Positions 62,802-64,000 of a DNA stretch of 64,000 nucleotides are shown here, piece after piece. A program made the position numbers and the translations under genes. Location of the stretch: NCBI GenBank assembly GCA_030704615.1, contig CM060732.1:48732001-48796000 (forward strand). The letters run 5' to 3'. The stretch comes from Takakia lepidozioides (lineage: Eukaryota > Plantae > Bryophyta). Each line of letters starts with the position of its first letter. The first letter of the stretch is position 1. The notes under the pieces were generated by a model. The model did no database searches, had not been told where the DNA came from, and saw nothing but the letters and a program-made list of their open reading frames with translations.

Positions 62802-63792
62802 CGCCAGCGTTGAGACTAGGGATCAGGCTGATCCACTGCGTAATATCCACTCGTTTGCAGAACTAGTGCGTTGTGGCAACAGAGTAGTGCAGGCGTAGTG
62901 CATACCATGCAGACAATTGATGCAATCAAACAATCGCCCAAGTATGTGTGTGTGTGTGTGTTGTGAACCCCCCCCCCCGTGCCAAGTGCCAACTCTTTAT
63001 AAGTTTGGATTAAATGTCGAAAGTTTGTAAATGTGAGTAACTTAAATTGTACTATATGAAGAAAAAGTGGACCTAATAAATATGAGCACTGTGCTCGAAA
63101 AATTTGGATATCTTTCACACTGTACCTGATGTTCAGTCCACGAGGGTTTTTCCCTGTGTGAGCGGATTGCTTTCTTTTCTCTTGTAAGTACTGGTGTTAT
63201 TGTTGTCCTCACATTGTCGATGTTGTTGAATGAGAGGGGAATTAGAGTGATCTTGAGTGGGTATGAGCAAAATAAACACAAGTTGGCGGCCCAGTCTAAC
63301 TAAATTGGGGAGGGGAGAAACATGGAAGTACGTTGGAGTAGACTCAGATACACAAAATAATGTGAGGTAGCTTAAAAATGTTCCCATTGTATTAGTTAAT
63401 GAGGTTAGAGGTTAGAGTGGTGACTAGTCGGTGGTAGAGCAGCCTGAGTAAAGACAAGCTACAATTTGTTTTGTTTACTGGCAAACTATCTCCGCTTTGC
63501 ATAATTGTTCAGTTTTGTTGAAATTCTTGGTAGAGACTAGAGACAGTCACATTAAGGATGGCTACAAAGCACCATGTCACTCATCAACACTGAAAACAAT
63601 TGGACATAGACAGTTGATAATAGGTATCTTCATCAGACTGCATTGGAGAGACTGCAAATAATCCACTTGATGTTGGGCAGCATGAATGAAGTTAGTCGCT
63701 GGGGTTAAGATACAGTCAATGAAGTTACCCCAAGTGATGACGTGGTGTGATTGCACACCTCACTGTGCATTCGCCACTCCAGGATGGCACAA

Positions 63793-64000
63793 CCTTGTCG
63801 TCATCCGTTCACGATCAGAATTCATTCATCCGGAAACAGTAAAAAGAAGCGGGAAGCTCGCAGCAGTTGAACATTTTCTTCTTCGCTGTTTCTGACACTG
63901 CGAAGAAGAGAAGCGCAGCTCCGGCTGCCATCCCTCGCGCACTGGACGTTGCGGCAGGCCATGGCGCCGCGAGCGTGAAGCCACTGAGAGATCTGTGCAT
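63793..64000 (+). repeat. Second copy of the PUT upstream segment (runs off the window end)
   Basis: Matches 57917-58125. Confidence 0.9.

Overview
Eukaryotic land-plant genomic DNA with GT-AG introns. The Tcn1-like chromovirus remnant and the divergent gene sequences suggest a non-seed plant (inference). Five apparently intact host genes were traced by hand: a TBL/PC-esterase O-acetyltransferase (4199-9098 +), SCAMP (17777-23474 +), an ABCG11-like half transporter (41478-46508 +), thylakoid-lumen FKBP19 (47764-52618 +) and a PUT/LAT polyamine transporter (57355-55892 -). Between them lie many transposon remnants: a ~11 kb Mutator-like element with a SWIM transposase and a convergent Ulp1-protease cargo gene, saturated with AGTCY motifs; two Ty3/gypsy remnants; LINE fragments; a tRNA-derived SINE; a hAT MITE; and an intronless PLATZ pseudogene abutting a CACTA transposase fragment. 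Most notable: (1) the PUT start codon is preceded in frame by a uORF ending in the exact TMV readthrough context UAG-CAA-UUA; (2) the TBL upstream region is a decayed copy of the SCAMP promoter and 5' exons; (3) the Kaonashi/VANDAL-like MULE has motif arrays whose orientation follows the sense strand. All exon structures and family assignments come from manual reading and motif recall; no searches were run.
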